Assembly: GCA_965279375.1 (NCBI GenBank)
Contig: OZ257156.1
Coordinates: forward strand, 2,592,001-2,656,000
DNA: 64,000 bases
Origin: Gemmatimonas sp.
GTDB taxonomy: Bacteria; Gemmatimonadota; Gemmatimonadetes; Gemmatimonadales; Gemmatimonadaceae
Direction: 5' to 3'
The notes below the pieces were generated by a model, which saw only the letters and a list, made by a program, of their open reading frames with translations, was not told the origin of the DNA and did no database searches. A program made the translations under genes and the position numbers. Below, one piece after another: positions 49,078-57,924 of this stretch; the stretch's first letter is position 1; every line of letters begins with the position of its first letter.

Positions 49078-50393
49078 GCTCCCTGAACGCCGGTGATCGG
49101 CAGGCGCAATCGCAACTCCGTGCCCGCCCCTGGAGTACTCGTTGCCTCGATGACGCCGTGGTGCGCCACTACGGTCTGCTGGGCAATCGCCAACCCAAGC
49201 CCGGTGCCGCCCGGCTTGGTTGTCATGTACGGCTCGAAGATGTGCGCCAATGCGTCCTCGCTGATGCCGCATCCACTGTCGCGTACCGCGATCCGCAGCG
49301 CGTCGCGATCATCCAGCTGATCACGCTGCACGCGCACCGCAATCTCGGCGCGTTCGCCGCACGTCATGCACGCGTCGACGGCGTTGAGCAGCACGTTCGC
49401 CACGGCACGGACCAATGGCTCGTGAAACCCCATCACCAGCGGCAGCCCTGGTTCCACGTCGAGGGAGACGGTCAGCCCCTCCGGAATCGTGTTGCGAACG
49501 GTACGGGTGACCAGCTCCGCGATATCAATCTCCGCCGCTGGTCCATCTGGTAGACGCCCGAACTGCGCGAAGCTGCGCGCCATCACGTCCAGTCGCGCCG
49601 ACTCCTCCGCCAGCACATCTACCGTCTCGCGCAATTCGTCTGGGACGCTGCGTCGCAGGCGCTCCACAGCGAAGCGAATCGGCGTCAGCGGATTCTTGAG
49701 TTCGTGCGCAAACCGGCGCGCTGATTCGCGAAAGGCATCCGCGCGCTCGGCCTCCAGGGCCCGTCGTCGTCCGATCTCGAGCTCGCGCACCATCGTTCGC
49801 ATCCCCGTTCGCAGGACCTCAAACTCCGGAGCGCCTGGGCGCTCGGTCTGCTCCGGTACCGCGCGCCCGGTGCGAATGAGTCCAGTCCACCCCACCAATT
49901 CATCCAACGGCCGACTGAGCTGGCGACTGAGATGCCCCGCCACGCGCGACGCACCCACGGCCACGAGCACGACCACCACCAGCGCTCCGACCAACACCAC
50001 GCGCATCGTGCGCGCGGCCACAAAGTCGAAACGCGTCCCCAACTCCACCGACTCACGCAGCTCTCGCTCATGCCGATCGAGCAGCTGTCGCTGTTCGGCG
50101 GTAAGCGGAAGCGACCGCGCTGCCGCAATCGCTCCCTCTCCACTGCGCGCCACCCGCTCCCACGCCGATCCCGACGACATCATCGAAAGCGCACGGCTGG
50201 CCGTGCCGGTCCAGAGCGCGGTGACCGCAATCGTCGGTACGACAGCGAACAGCAGCAGCATCGCGAACAGACGCGACCGGAACGGCGCGCGACTCCGTGA
50301 ACGCGTGCGCTCCCTACGCGGGTCGCCAAACGAGGGTTTCTCGTCAGCAATTTCCCCGATGGGATCGCTGGTCGGCTTCCGCATCTCCTTCAT
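49074..50393 (-). CDS. Membrane sensor histidine kinase (2 TM, HAMP; NtrY-like)
   Basis: FAHELKNPLTPI, N.L.NA, DSGCGI, FEPY.TTK..GTGLGL; start at 50393 or 50384. Confidence 0.93.
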   Translation of the reverse strand: MKEMRKPTSDPIGEIADEKPSFGDPRRERTRSRSRAPFRSRLFAMLLLFAVVPTIAVTALWTGTASRALSMMSSGSAWERVARSGEGAIAAARSLPLTAEQRQLLDRHERELRESVELGTRFDFVAARTMRVVLVGALVVVVLVAVGASRVAGHLSRQLSRPLDELVGWTGLIRTGRAVPEQTERPGAPEFEVLRTGMRTMVRELEIGRRRALEAERADAFRESARRFAHELKNPLTPIRFAVERLRRSVPDELRETVDVLAEESARLDVMARSFAQFGRLPDGPAAEIDIAELVTRTVRNTIPEGLTVSLDVEPGLPLVMGFHEPLVRAVANVLLNAVDACMTCGERAEIAVRVQRDQLDDRDALRIAVRDSGCGISEDALAHIFEPYMTTKPGGTGLGLAIAQQTVVAHHGVIEATSTPGAGTELRLRLPITGVQGA

Positions 50394-50475
50394 ACCAGAT
50401 AATTTACGCGGCTGTACCCGGTCGGCACGTCTCTCTCCCGCCGCCGAGTATTGCACGCGTCGATCCTGGAGTGGA

Positions 50476-52059
50476 ATGGCAACGTCGTGGTCCTTTGCCC
50501 CCCTCGTCGAACAGCGCGCCCGAGAACACCCGGAGCGCCCGCTCGCGATTATCGGGGAACGGACGTGGACCTACGGGCAGGTCGACGCACAAGCGTCGTC
50601 CCTTGCCGCGGCATTCTCTGAACTCGGCCTCGGAGCAGGCGATCGCATTGCGGTCAACTTGCCCAACGGGGTCGAGTGGGTCGTGTCGTTGCTCGCGTGC
50701 GCGAAGTTGGGTGCGGTCGTCGTGCCGGTCAGCCCGCAGCTCAGCAGTCACGATCTGCGGTATCAGTTGCGGCACGCGGAAGCGAGTGCGGTCGTCACCA
50801 TCGAGCGCTATGCGGGGATCGATTTCCTGCAGCGCTTCGAAGATCTGCTCGGTGACCTCCCCGATCTGCAGTACGTCGTCACAGTCGGCGACGAGGATTT
50901 GTGGTACGACGACCGCATCTTTCAGTTCGAGGATCTGGTCTCGAGCGGCTCCGGCCGTGACTACCCGCGCCCTGCGGAGTACAACGAGGACATGGATCTT
51001 GCCGTGCTCTACACGTCAGGAACCATGGGCAAGCCGAAGGGAGTCCGCCTGTCGCATCGGGCGGTGGTCGAGAATGCGGTGCGCAGCGCCGAAGCCGTCG
51101 AGCTTTCCCCCGACGATCGCGTGCTGCCGTCTGTTCCGCTCTTCGCCATCTTCGGGTTCAGTGTGATGGTGGGGACGATCGTAGCGGGGGCGACGCTCGT
51201 GTTGCGCCCTGCGTCCGATGCCGCCGGAGTGCTTGCGCTGATCGACGCGCGGCAGGTCACCGTGCTGCACGGAGTCCCCACGCTGTATCACCTCCTCATG
51301 CGAGAGGAGGCGTTCGACCAGTCACGCGTACGTTCGCTGCGCACCGGCGTCATCGCCGGAAGTTCGGTTGACGAGGAGCTGGTACGCCGAGTCCGTCGCT
51401 GGTGCGACGTGCTCGTGGCGTACGGACTCACGGAAACCGGTGCCGCGGTCACCATGACACGTTTCACCGATCGCGACGACAATCGTCAGGGTTCGGTGGG
51501 ACGCGCGCTCCCAGGCGTGGAAGTCATGGCGGTAGACGTCGTGACCGGGTTGCTGCACGGACCCGAAGCGGTCGGCGAGATCGCCGTGCGCGGGTCCAAT
51601 CTCATGCGCGGGTACCTGCGCATGCCGGCGGAGACCGCAAAGGTCCACACGCCGGAAGGCTTCTTCCTCACCGGCGATCTCGGCATCATCGATGAGGATG
51701 GGTACGTAAAGATTCTCGGACGGCGACAGGAGACGATCACTCGCGGAGGACGGCAGCTCTATCCCCGCGAGCTCGAAGAACGGCTCCGCGCGCATCCGGC
51801 AGTTGACGATGTCTGCGTGATCGGTGTTCCCCACGATGTGCTGGGGGAGCAGGTGTGCGCATGCATCGTTCCAGTTGAAGGCGCCGTTATCACGGGCAGC
51901 GAAATCAAGCGCTTCGCCCTCGAGACGATGACGGCGTACAAGGTTCCCGATCTCGTCCGCTTCTTCGATGTCTTCCCCATGACGGGGAGCGGCAAAGTCA
52001 GGCGGCGAGAACTCGCGCGTGCAATCGCGCTCGATCACACAGTTTCGCATACCGGGTAG
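50476..52059 (+). CDS. AMP-binding acyl-CoA synthetase
   Basis: YTSGTMGKPKG, YGLTE, TGDLG, P.E.E, SGKV.R. Confidence 0.93.
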   Translation: MATSWSFAPLVEQRAREHPERPLAIIGERTWTYGQVDAQASSLAAAFSELGLGAGDRIAVNLPNGVEWVVSLLACAKLGAVVVPVSPQLSSHDLRYQLRHAEASAVVTIERYAGIDFLQRFEDLLGDLPDLQYVVTVGDEDLWYDDRIFQFEDLVSSGSGRDYPRPAEYNEDMDLAVLYTSGTMGKPKGVRLSHRAVVENAVRSAEAVELSPDDRVLPSVPLFAIFGFSVMVGTIVAGATLVLRPASDAAGVLALIDARQVTVLHGVPTLYHLLMREEAFDQSRVRSLRTGVIAGSSVDEELVRRVRRWCDVLVAYGLTETGAAVTMTRFTDRDDNRQGSVGRALPGVEVMAVDVVTGLLHGPEAVGEIAVRGSNLMRGYLRMPAETAKVHTPEGFFLTGDLGIIDEDGYVKILGRRQETITRGGRQLYPRELEERLRAHPAVDDVCVIGVPHDVLGEQVCACIVPVEGAVITGSEIKRFALETMTAYKVPDLVRFFDVFPMTGSGKVRRRELARAIALDHTVSHTG

Positions 52060-52062
52060 GAC

Positions 52063-54132
52063 ATGCATTCACGTCAAACACGGACGGCCCCTGCGGGTCG
52101 CTCCGTCGCTCCGTTCCATCGTGGGCCGCAAGCGGCTCCCGCAGCAGCAGCCGGCGCCGGCGCTCCCATGCACCAGGCCCCCAATGCCGCCCTCCTCATC
52201 GACTTCGACAACGTCACGATGGGGATCCGCTCCGACCTGCAGGGGGAGCTCAACAACCTCCTCTCGTCGGACATCATCAAGGGCAAGGTCGCAGTCCGCC
52301 GCGCCTACGCCGACTGGCGACGCTATCCGCAGTACATCGTCCCGCTGACGGAATCGTCGATCGATCTCATCTTCGCGCCAGCCTACGGCTCGTCGAAGAA
52401 GAACGCAACTGACATCCGCCTCGCCATCGACGCGATGGAGCTCGTCTTCACGCGCCCGGAAATCGGCACCTTCGTGCTCCTCTCCGGCGACTCCGACTTC
52501 TCGAGCATGGTCATCAAGCTCAAGGAGTACGGCAAGTACGTCATCGGCGTCGGCATTCGCGAGTCGTCGAGCGATCTGCTCGTGATGAACTGCGACGAGT
52601 ACTACTCCTACAACGCGCTCGCCGGCCTCACCAAGACGGGCGACGACGAATCCACGCGCTGGGATCCGTGGGAGCTCGTGACCGAGTCGGTCACGCGCAT
52701 GAAGCGCAACGGCGATGTCATGCGCTCCGATCGCCTCAAGCAGGTCATGCAGGAAATCGACTCGTCGTTCGACGAGAAGAACCTCGGCATGCCCAAGTTC
52801 TCCCGCTTCGTGCAGGAAGCCGCACACAAGGGACTGCTCAAGGTCACCAAGCTCGAGAGCGGCCAGCTCGAAATCGATGCTCCTGTCGGTGGCGCGCCGG
52901 CTCCTACGGCTGCTGCCACTGGCGAAGCCGCTGCGGCAACCGAAGGTGAAACCTCCTCTCCCGACATGCGTCGCGAGCGGCAGACCGAACGCGACGATCG
53001 TCGCGGCCGTCGTGGTCGTCGTGGTCGTGGGCGCGATCGTGATCGTGGCGAACGCACCGAGGCCGATGCGGCGCCGTCGTCCGCCGACGTCAGCGTCACG
53101 GCGGAAATGCCAGTGCCGTCCGCGGCACCGGTCGCTGCTGAAGCGGAAGCCGCTACCGTGGCACCTGCTGCAGAGTCGCGCCCGCCGCGTGAAGAGCGCG
53201 ATGGACGCGGTCGCGATCGTGGCCGTGGTCGTGGTCGCGAGAACCGTGAAGATCGTGGCGCGCCGCGTACCGATCGTCCGGCGGAAGTCGCCGCACAGGC
53301 ACAGATCGCGTTCGGTGAAGTCGTCGCTGATTCCATCGGTGCCAGCGGTGAGCGCCTCACGCGCAGCGAGGCCTTCGATCTCGTGCGCCGCAGTGTCGAA
53401 GCGCTGGTGCAGGGCGAGGACGCCACGAGCGCCAGTGCGGCGCGCCAGCGTGCGTTCGAACTGCTCGGCCGCGACAGCGAATCGCTGAGTGCGCGCAACT
53501 TCGAGCGCATTCTGCAGGACGCGCACGACGCCAACATGATCGATCTGCGCCGTCGCGGAAACGACTTCGAAGTCGCCCGTGCGGTCGATGCCGCGCCGAT
53601 CGTCGAGCAGCTTCGCTCGGTCGAACAGGCGCAGCAGGCGGCCGCGGCCGCCAAGGCTCCACCGGCGCCGCCTCGCGGTATGGGCGCCCGTGGTGTCGGG
53701 GGACGTGGCATGGGTGGCCGCAGCAAGGGACCCGGAGCGCCTCCGCCGGAGCTGCTCATGGTCGGCGTGGTACCGCGCGTCGCCAGTGGCGCGCCGGGCC
53801 CGGCCGCCGGAAATGGCGTAGCGGCCTCGGCCGTCGTTGCCGAAGTCGCCCCGGTTGCCGCCCCGGTGGTCGAGGTCGCCGCGCCGGTGATCGAGACGCC
53901 TGCGGCTGCCGCACCCGCCGCAGCCAAGCGTGGCAAGGCGCCGGCCAAGGCCGCTCCAGCGGCCAAGGCTCCGGCCAAGAAGGCGGCAAAGGCGCCGGAG
54001 AAGCCTGTCGCTAAGCCGGCCGCGAAAACGGCCTCCAAGGCCCCGGCGAAGGCCCCAGCCAAGGCCGCGAAACCGGCAGCCAAGGCAGCCAAGGCTCCGG
54101 CCAAAAAGGCGGCCAAGAGCGGCCGGAAGTAG
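52063..54132 (+). CDS. NYN-domain RNase with OST-HTH/LOTUS domain(s) and long low-complexity regions
   Basis: IDFDN, KNATDIRL.IDA, SGDSDF; LK.....D.SFDE..LG..KFS.F LOTUS motif; Arg-rich and Ala/Lys/Pro tails. Confidence 0.88.
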   Translation: MHSRQTRTAPAGRSVAPFHRGPQAAPAAAAGAGAPMHQAPNAALLIDFDNVTMGIRSDLQGELNNLLSSDIIKGKVAVRRAYADWRRYPQYIVPLTESSIDLIFAPAYGSSKKNATDIRLAIDAMELVFTRPEIGTFVLLSGDSDFSSMVIKLKEYGKYVIGVGIRESSSDLLVMNCDEYYSYNALAGLTKTGDDESTRWDPWELVTESVTRMKRNGDVMRSDRLKQVMQEIDSSFDEKNLGMPKFSRFVQEAAHKGLLKVTKLESGQLEIDAPVGGAPAPTAAATGEAAAATEGETSSPDMRRERQTERDDRRGRRGRRGRGRDRDRGERTEADAAPSSADVSVTAEMPVPSAAPVAAEAEAATVAPAAESRPPREERDGRGRDRGRGRGRENREDRGAPRTDRPAEVAAQAQIAFGEVVADSIGASGERLTRSEAFDLVRRSVEALVQGEDATSASAARQRAFELLGRDSESLSARNFERILQDAHDANMIDLRRRGNDFEVARAVDAAPIVEQLRSVEQAQQAAAAAKAPPAPPRGMGARGVGGRGMGGRSKGPGAPPPELLMVGVVPRVASGAPGPAAGNGVAASAVVAEVAPVAAPVVEVAAPVIETPAAAAPAAAKRGKAPAKAAPAAKAPAKKAAKAPEKPVAKPAAKTASKAPAKAPAKAAKPAAKAAKAPAKKAAKSGRK

Positions 54133-54161
54133 TCCGCCGGTTCTGGCTCCGCTGGAAACAG

Positions 54162-54190
54162 GAACGCCGCCCCATACCGGGGCGGCGTTC
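54162..54190. terminator. Bidirectional intrinsic terminator
   Basis: GAACGCCGCCCC-ATACC-GGGGCGGCGTTC 12-bp stem between the convergent NYN and kbl genes. Confidence 0.8.
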
Positions 54191-54214
54191 TTGGTTTCCG
54201 GCGGCCACGATGGG

Positions 54215-55423
54215 CTACGAAATCAGCCCCAGCGTACGCCCGACCTCCTTGAAGGCCGACACCACCACGTCGAGATCGTCGCGGGTGTGCGCCGCACTTA
54301 CCTGACAGCGCACGCGGGCCTGCCCCTGCGGAACGACCGGGAAGCCGAAGCCCGTCACGAACACCCCCCGGTCCAGCATCATCTCGCTGACCTTGATTGC
54401 CAGCGCCGTCTCTCCAACGATGATCGGAACGATCGGCGTCTCGCCGGGCAGCGGCGCGAACCCCGCCTCCTGCACGGCCTGACGGAAATACGAGGCGTTG
54501 TCTCGCAGTCGAGTAACCAACTCCGGATGCGCCTCGGTGTGCAGCACGGCCGCCAGCGAGCTGGCGGCGACGGTGGGTGGGAGCGCGTTCGAAAAAAGCT
54601 GCGGTCGCGAACGCTGCGTCATCATGTCGCAGAGCGCTGCCGGACCCGCAATGAACCCGCCGGCTGCGCCGCCCAACGCCTTGCCGAGCGTCGACGTGAT
54701 CACGTCCACTTCGCCGACAACGCCAAAGTGTTCTGCGGTGCCACGGCCTGTCGCCCCTAGCACACCGGTGGCGTGCGAGTCGTCCATCACCACTATCGCG
54801 TCGTAATCGCGCGCGAGTTGCAAAATCTCCGGCAGCTTCGCGATCGCGCCTTCCATCGAGAACACGCCGTCCGTCCAGATCACACGTCGCGTCGCCGACT
54901 TGGCACCGGCGAGCTTCTCGCGCAGGTCGTCCATGTCGCTGTGCTTGTAGACGGCGGTCGTGCACTTCGTGATCGCTTTCGCCAACCGGATCGAGTCGAT
55001 GATCGACGCGTGGTTGAGCGCGTCGGAGATGACGAAATCTCCTTCGCGCACGATCGTCGGTGTCAGCGCCTCGTTGGCATTCCACGCCGATACATATGAG
55101 AGCGCCGCCGGCGTGCCGACGAATCGCGCGAGCGCCGTCTCCAGGTCGCGATGCACCGCGAACGTTCCGCAGATGAATCGCACCGATGCCGTGCCTGCGC
55201 CGAGATGTTTCAGCGCGTCGATGCCGGCTTGTACCACGGCCGGTTCGTTGGCGAGACCGAGGTAGTTGTTGGACGAGAGGACGATGACCTCGCCGCGTCC
55301 TTCCATGCGCACGCGGGCGCCTTGCGGCGACTCGAGATAGTTGAGGCGCTTGTAGACCTGATCGGCCTTGAGCTGCGCGATCTGCCCTTCGAGGTCCTGC
55401 ACGAATGCGGTATTGATCGACAT
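54215..55423 (-). CDS. kbl: 2-amino-3-ketobutyrate CoA ligase (glycine C-acetyltransferase)
   Basis: SNNYLGLA, SVRFICGT, NHASIID, DDSHA.G, TLGKALGG; adjacent to tdh. Confidence 0.95.
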   Translation of the reverse strand: MSINTAFVQDLEGQIAQLKADQVYKRLNYLESPQGARVRMEGRGEVIVLSSNNYLGLANEPAVVQAGIDALKHLGAGTASVRFICGTFAVHRDLETALARFVGTPAALSYVSAWNANEALTPTIVREGDFVISDALNHASIIDSIRLAKAITKCTTAVYKHSDMDDLREKLAGAKSATRRVIWTDGVFSMEGAIAKLPEILQLARDYDAIVVMDDSHATGVLGATGRGTAEHFGVVGEVDVITSTLGKALGGAAGGFIAGPAALCDMMTQRSRPQLFSNALPPTVAASSLAAVLHTEAHPELVTRLRDNASYFRQAVQEAGFAPLPGETPIVPIIVGETALAIKVSEMMLDRGVFVTGFGFPVVPQGQARVRCQVSAAHTRDDLDVVVSAFKEVGRTLGLIS

Positions 55424-55431
55424 CGGGAGCC

Positions 55432-56454
55432 CTACAGCTGGAAAATGATCTTGCCCGCTTCGCCGGACTTGATCAGGTGCATTGCCTCGTCCACGGCTTC
55501 GAGCGGCAGGCGATGCGTGATCACCGGCGTGGGATCGAATGCGCCGGAACGGATGAATCGCGTCATCTGGTGCCACGTGTCGTACATGCGCCGACCCACG
55601 ACGCCGTAGATCGTGAGCCCCTTGAAGATCACTTCGGTGGCGAAGTCGATGTCGATCGTGCGCGAGGGAATGCCAAGCATGTTCACGCGTCCGGCGGGGC
55701 GGGCGAGCGCGAACGCTTGGTGAACGGCACTTGGTACGCCCGACATCTCGAGCACGACGTCGGCGCCATGTCCGTCGGATGCGGCGTGCACGGCGGCCGC
55801 GGCCTCGTCCGGATGGACGGCGTCGTGGGCGCCCATCGTGCGCGCGAGCTCGAGGCGGCGCGGATTGATGTCGGTCGCGATGATGCGTGCGGCGCCGGCG
55901 GCGCGGCAGATGCCGACCGCGAACGCACCGATCGGACCGCAGCCCGTGATGAGCACGACGGAACCGGGAATCTCGGCGGTGAGCGCCGTGTGAAACGCGT
56001 TGCCCATCGGGTCGTGGATGCCGCCGATGTCGTAGCTGATGGCGTCGTCGAGGTGCCAGACGTTCGTGGCGGGCATCGCGATGTACTCGGCGAAGCAGCC
56101 GTCGCGATCGACACCGATGATGCGGGTACTCGGATCGACGTGCGCGTTGCCGGTGCGGCTGAAGAGCGAGCGCTCGTCGACGATGTGTCCCTCCGCCGTG
56201 ACGCGGTCGCCGACTTTCACCGTTTCGACGAGGCTGCCGACGGAGACGACGTCGCCCGCGAACTCGTGGCCGACGACGAACGGCGGCTTGCAACGCCCCG
56301 CGGCCCACGCGTCCCACTCGTAAATGTGCACGTCCGTACCGCAGACGCCGGCGCTCCGCACGCGAATGAGAACCTCGTCGTCGCGAATTTTCGGCTCGGG
56401 AACTTCGGTGAGGACGAGACCGCGTCCCGCTGTCTGCTTGACCAACGCTTTCAC
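55432..56454 (-). CDS. tdh: L-threonine 3-dehydrogenase (MDR family) lacking the structural-Zn cysteines
   Basis: CGTD.HIY.WD.WA, GHE, GCGPIG, EMSG, GR.MY.TW; GGAG SD before the GTG. Confidence 0.93.
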   Translation of the reverse strand: MKALVKQTAGRGLVLTEVPEPKIRDDEVLIRVRSAGVCGTDVHIYEWDAWAAGRCKPPFVVGHEFAGDVVSVGSLVETVKVGDRVTAEGHIVDERSLFSRTGNAHVDPSTRIIGVDRDGCFAEYIAMPATNVWHLDDAISYDIGGIHDPMGNAFHTALTAEIPGSVVLITGCGPIGAFAVGICRAAGAARIIATDINPRRLELARTMGAHDAVHPDEAAAAVHAASDGHGADVVLEMSGVPSAVHQAFALARPAGRVNMLGIPSRTIDIDFATEVIFKGLTIYGVVGRRMYDTWHQMTRFIRSGAFDPTPVITHRLPLEAVDEAMHLIKSGEAGKIIFQL

Positions 56455-57176
56455 AAACGCTCCATGAGTACGTGCCCTGCCGAAAACACCGCCGTCCGAG
56501 GGAAAACAAGGTGCCGCGGCGTGGCGCGGACGTCGTGCAGATGACGCGCGCCGGTCAAAGCTGACACGACGTCGTGTTGCGTGGTAGGTGTTCGAATCGT
56601 CTGTCGCGTGATGTAATCGCGCGCGTTCTTTATACGCGCTATTGCGCGGGGGAATTATCCACGCGTATATTCGCGACACCACAACGACTTGCGCGCGCTG
56701 TCCACATCTCGGAAACGAGGCGCGCAGACCTTCACTGGAAACGCGTGGTACAATCACGACGCGAGTGCTTCCAGAGTTCGGGCGCTGCAGTGATGGCGTC
56801 CTTTGCAGCGGCCAACGCGCGGTATGCGTCGGCGCTCTTCCTGTCGCCGTCGTCATCGACGACGGCCAGCTTCGTCACCCCCACCGTGACGAGCTTGCCT
56901 CGCATCTCCGATCCCGCGCTGCGTATCGCGCGCGGTGGATCGACCGGCCTTCGCCGTTGGATGCGAGTCGCACCTCCCTTCGCTCAATCCACGACATCGC
57001 TGCCGATGTCGCATGCACTGCCCGCGAACGTGAATGCGCGGGCGATCAGCTCCACGATCCTCTCTGAGGTCGTGTAGCGCGCAACGAAACGGTGCATCCG
57101 CACCCAACGTCGCGCGGCTCACCTTTCCACCGGGGGAAAGGGAGCACAACTAACTCCTCTTGAGGAGAGTAGCATC

Positions 57177-57458
57177 ATGGCACCAGCCAAGAAGGCCGCG
57201 AAGAAGGCGGCGAAGAAGGGTGGCCGTAAGGCCGCGAAGAAGGGCGCGAAGAAGGCTGTGAAGAAGGGCGCGAAGAAGGCCGTGAAGAAGGGCGCCAAGA
57301 AGGCCGCGAAGAAGGCCGTGAAGAAGGGCGCCAAGAAGGCGGCCAAGAAGGGTGCAAAGAAGGCGGCCAAGAAGGGCGCCAAGAAGGCTGCAAAGAAGGC
57401 CAAGAAGCCTGCAAAGCGCGCCAAGAAGGCGCCGGCTCCGGCTCCTGCCGCAGCGTAA
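57177..57458 (+). CDS. Histone H1-like Lys/Ala-rich small protein (93 aa)
   Basis: 17 consecutive KKxx-type tetrapeptides, almost all AAG codons, GAGGAG SD, its own terminator. Confidence 0.85.
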   Translation: MAPAKKAAKKAAKKGGRKAAKKGAKKAVKKGAKKAVKKGAKKAAKKAVKKGAKKAAKKGAKKAAKKGAKKAAKKAKKPAKRAKKAPAPAPAAA

Positions 57459-57496
57459 TTCGTCCGTTCTCGCAGCACGCAGTCCCGAAAAACGCG

Positions 57497-57524
57497 AAGG
57501 CGCCGGCATGTCTGCCGGCGCCTT
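57497..57524. terminator. Intrinsic terminator
   Basis: AAGGCGCCGGCA-TGTC-TGCCGGCGCCTT stem, with an A run upstream and TTTC downstream. Confidence 0.85.
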
Positions 57525-57595
57525 TCACGTTCTGCCCACAAAATCCGATGCTCGCTCGCGCCTCTGCGTTAAACGCCTGACGCGCGCGGCAACGA

Positions 57596-57766
57596 CTACG
57601 TCGCCGAGACCAGCAGCTCCCGTGCAGGCACCGGCACATCGACGTCGTCCGGAACCGGACCCCACACGAACGCGGCAAACCGCGGCACCGCGTCACCACG
57701 GCTTCCGTCCGCGATCACGATCCCGATAGGCTCACGCTCTTCCTGCTTCACACGATTCACACGCAT
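57596..57766 (-). CDS. Small hypothetical protein (56 aa, MRVNRVKQEEREPIGIVIADG...FVWGPVP...)
   Basis: GGAGGG SD 6 nt before the ATG; sigma54-type promoter upstream; converges on the terminator. Confidence 0.65.
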   Translation of the reverse strand: MRVNRVKQEEREPIGIVIADGSRGDAVPRFAAFVWGPVPDDVDVPVPARELLVSAT

Positions 57767-57835
57767 GGGTGACCCTCCACCCTGGACGTTGAGACTGACC
57801 ACACTCGCCCGCGAGTCGGGCACACCTGCTCAAAG

Positions 57836-57851
57836 AGCAGATATGGTGCCA
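57836..57851 (-). promoter_or_regulatory. sigma54 -24/-12 promoter TGGCACCATATCTGCT
   Basis: GG-N10-GC spacing exact; close to consensus TGGCAC-N5-TTGCW. Confidence 0.7.
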
Positions 57852-57924
57852 GACGGCAAATCGTTTGTAAGTGCTTGCAGGACAATGCGTTGGGAAAAGC
57901 AGTCCTGAAGGCGTTCTCGAAAAC

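Noticed and set aside
52608..55085. Long alternative-frame ORFs (e.g. this 825-aa one, 41357-43084, 1960-3183)
   Set aside because: High-GC shadow ORFs overlapping well-supported genes, with no recognisable motifs.
56630..56706. DnaA-box-like sequences (TTATCCACG at 56655, CTGTCCACA at 56698) suggesting oriC
   Set aside because: Few and mismatched, with no clear AT-rich unwinding element and no dnaA/dnaN in the window.
56824..56889. Protamine-like 21-aa ORF MRRRSSCRRRHRRRPASSPPP upstream of the H1-like gene
   Set aside because: No SD, and Arg-rich short frames arise by chance at this GC content.
57119..57541. Hydrophobic FFAAF-repeat ORF on the minus strand
   Set aside because: It is the antisense shadow of the Lys-rich H1-like gene, which has the SD and terminator.
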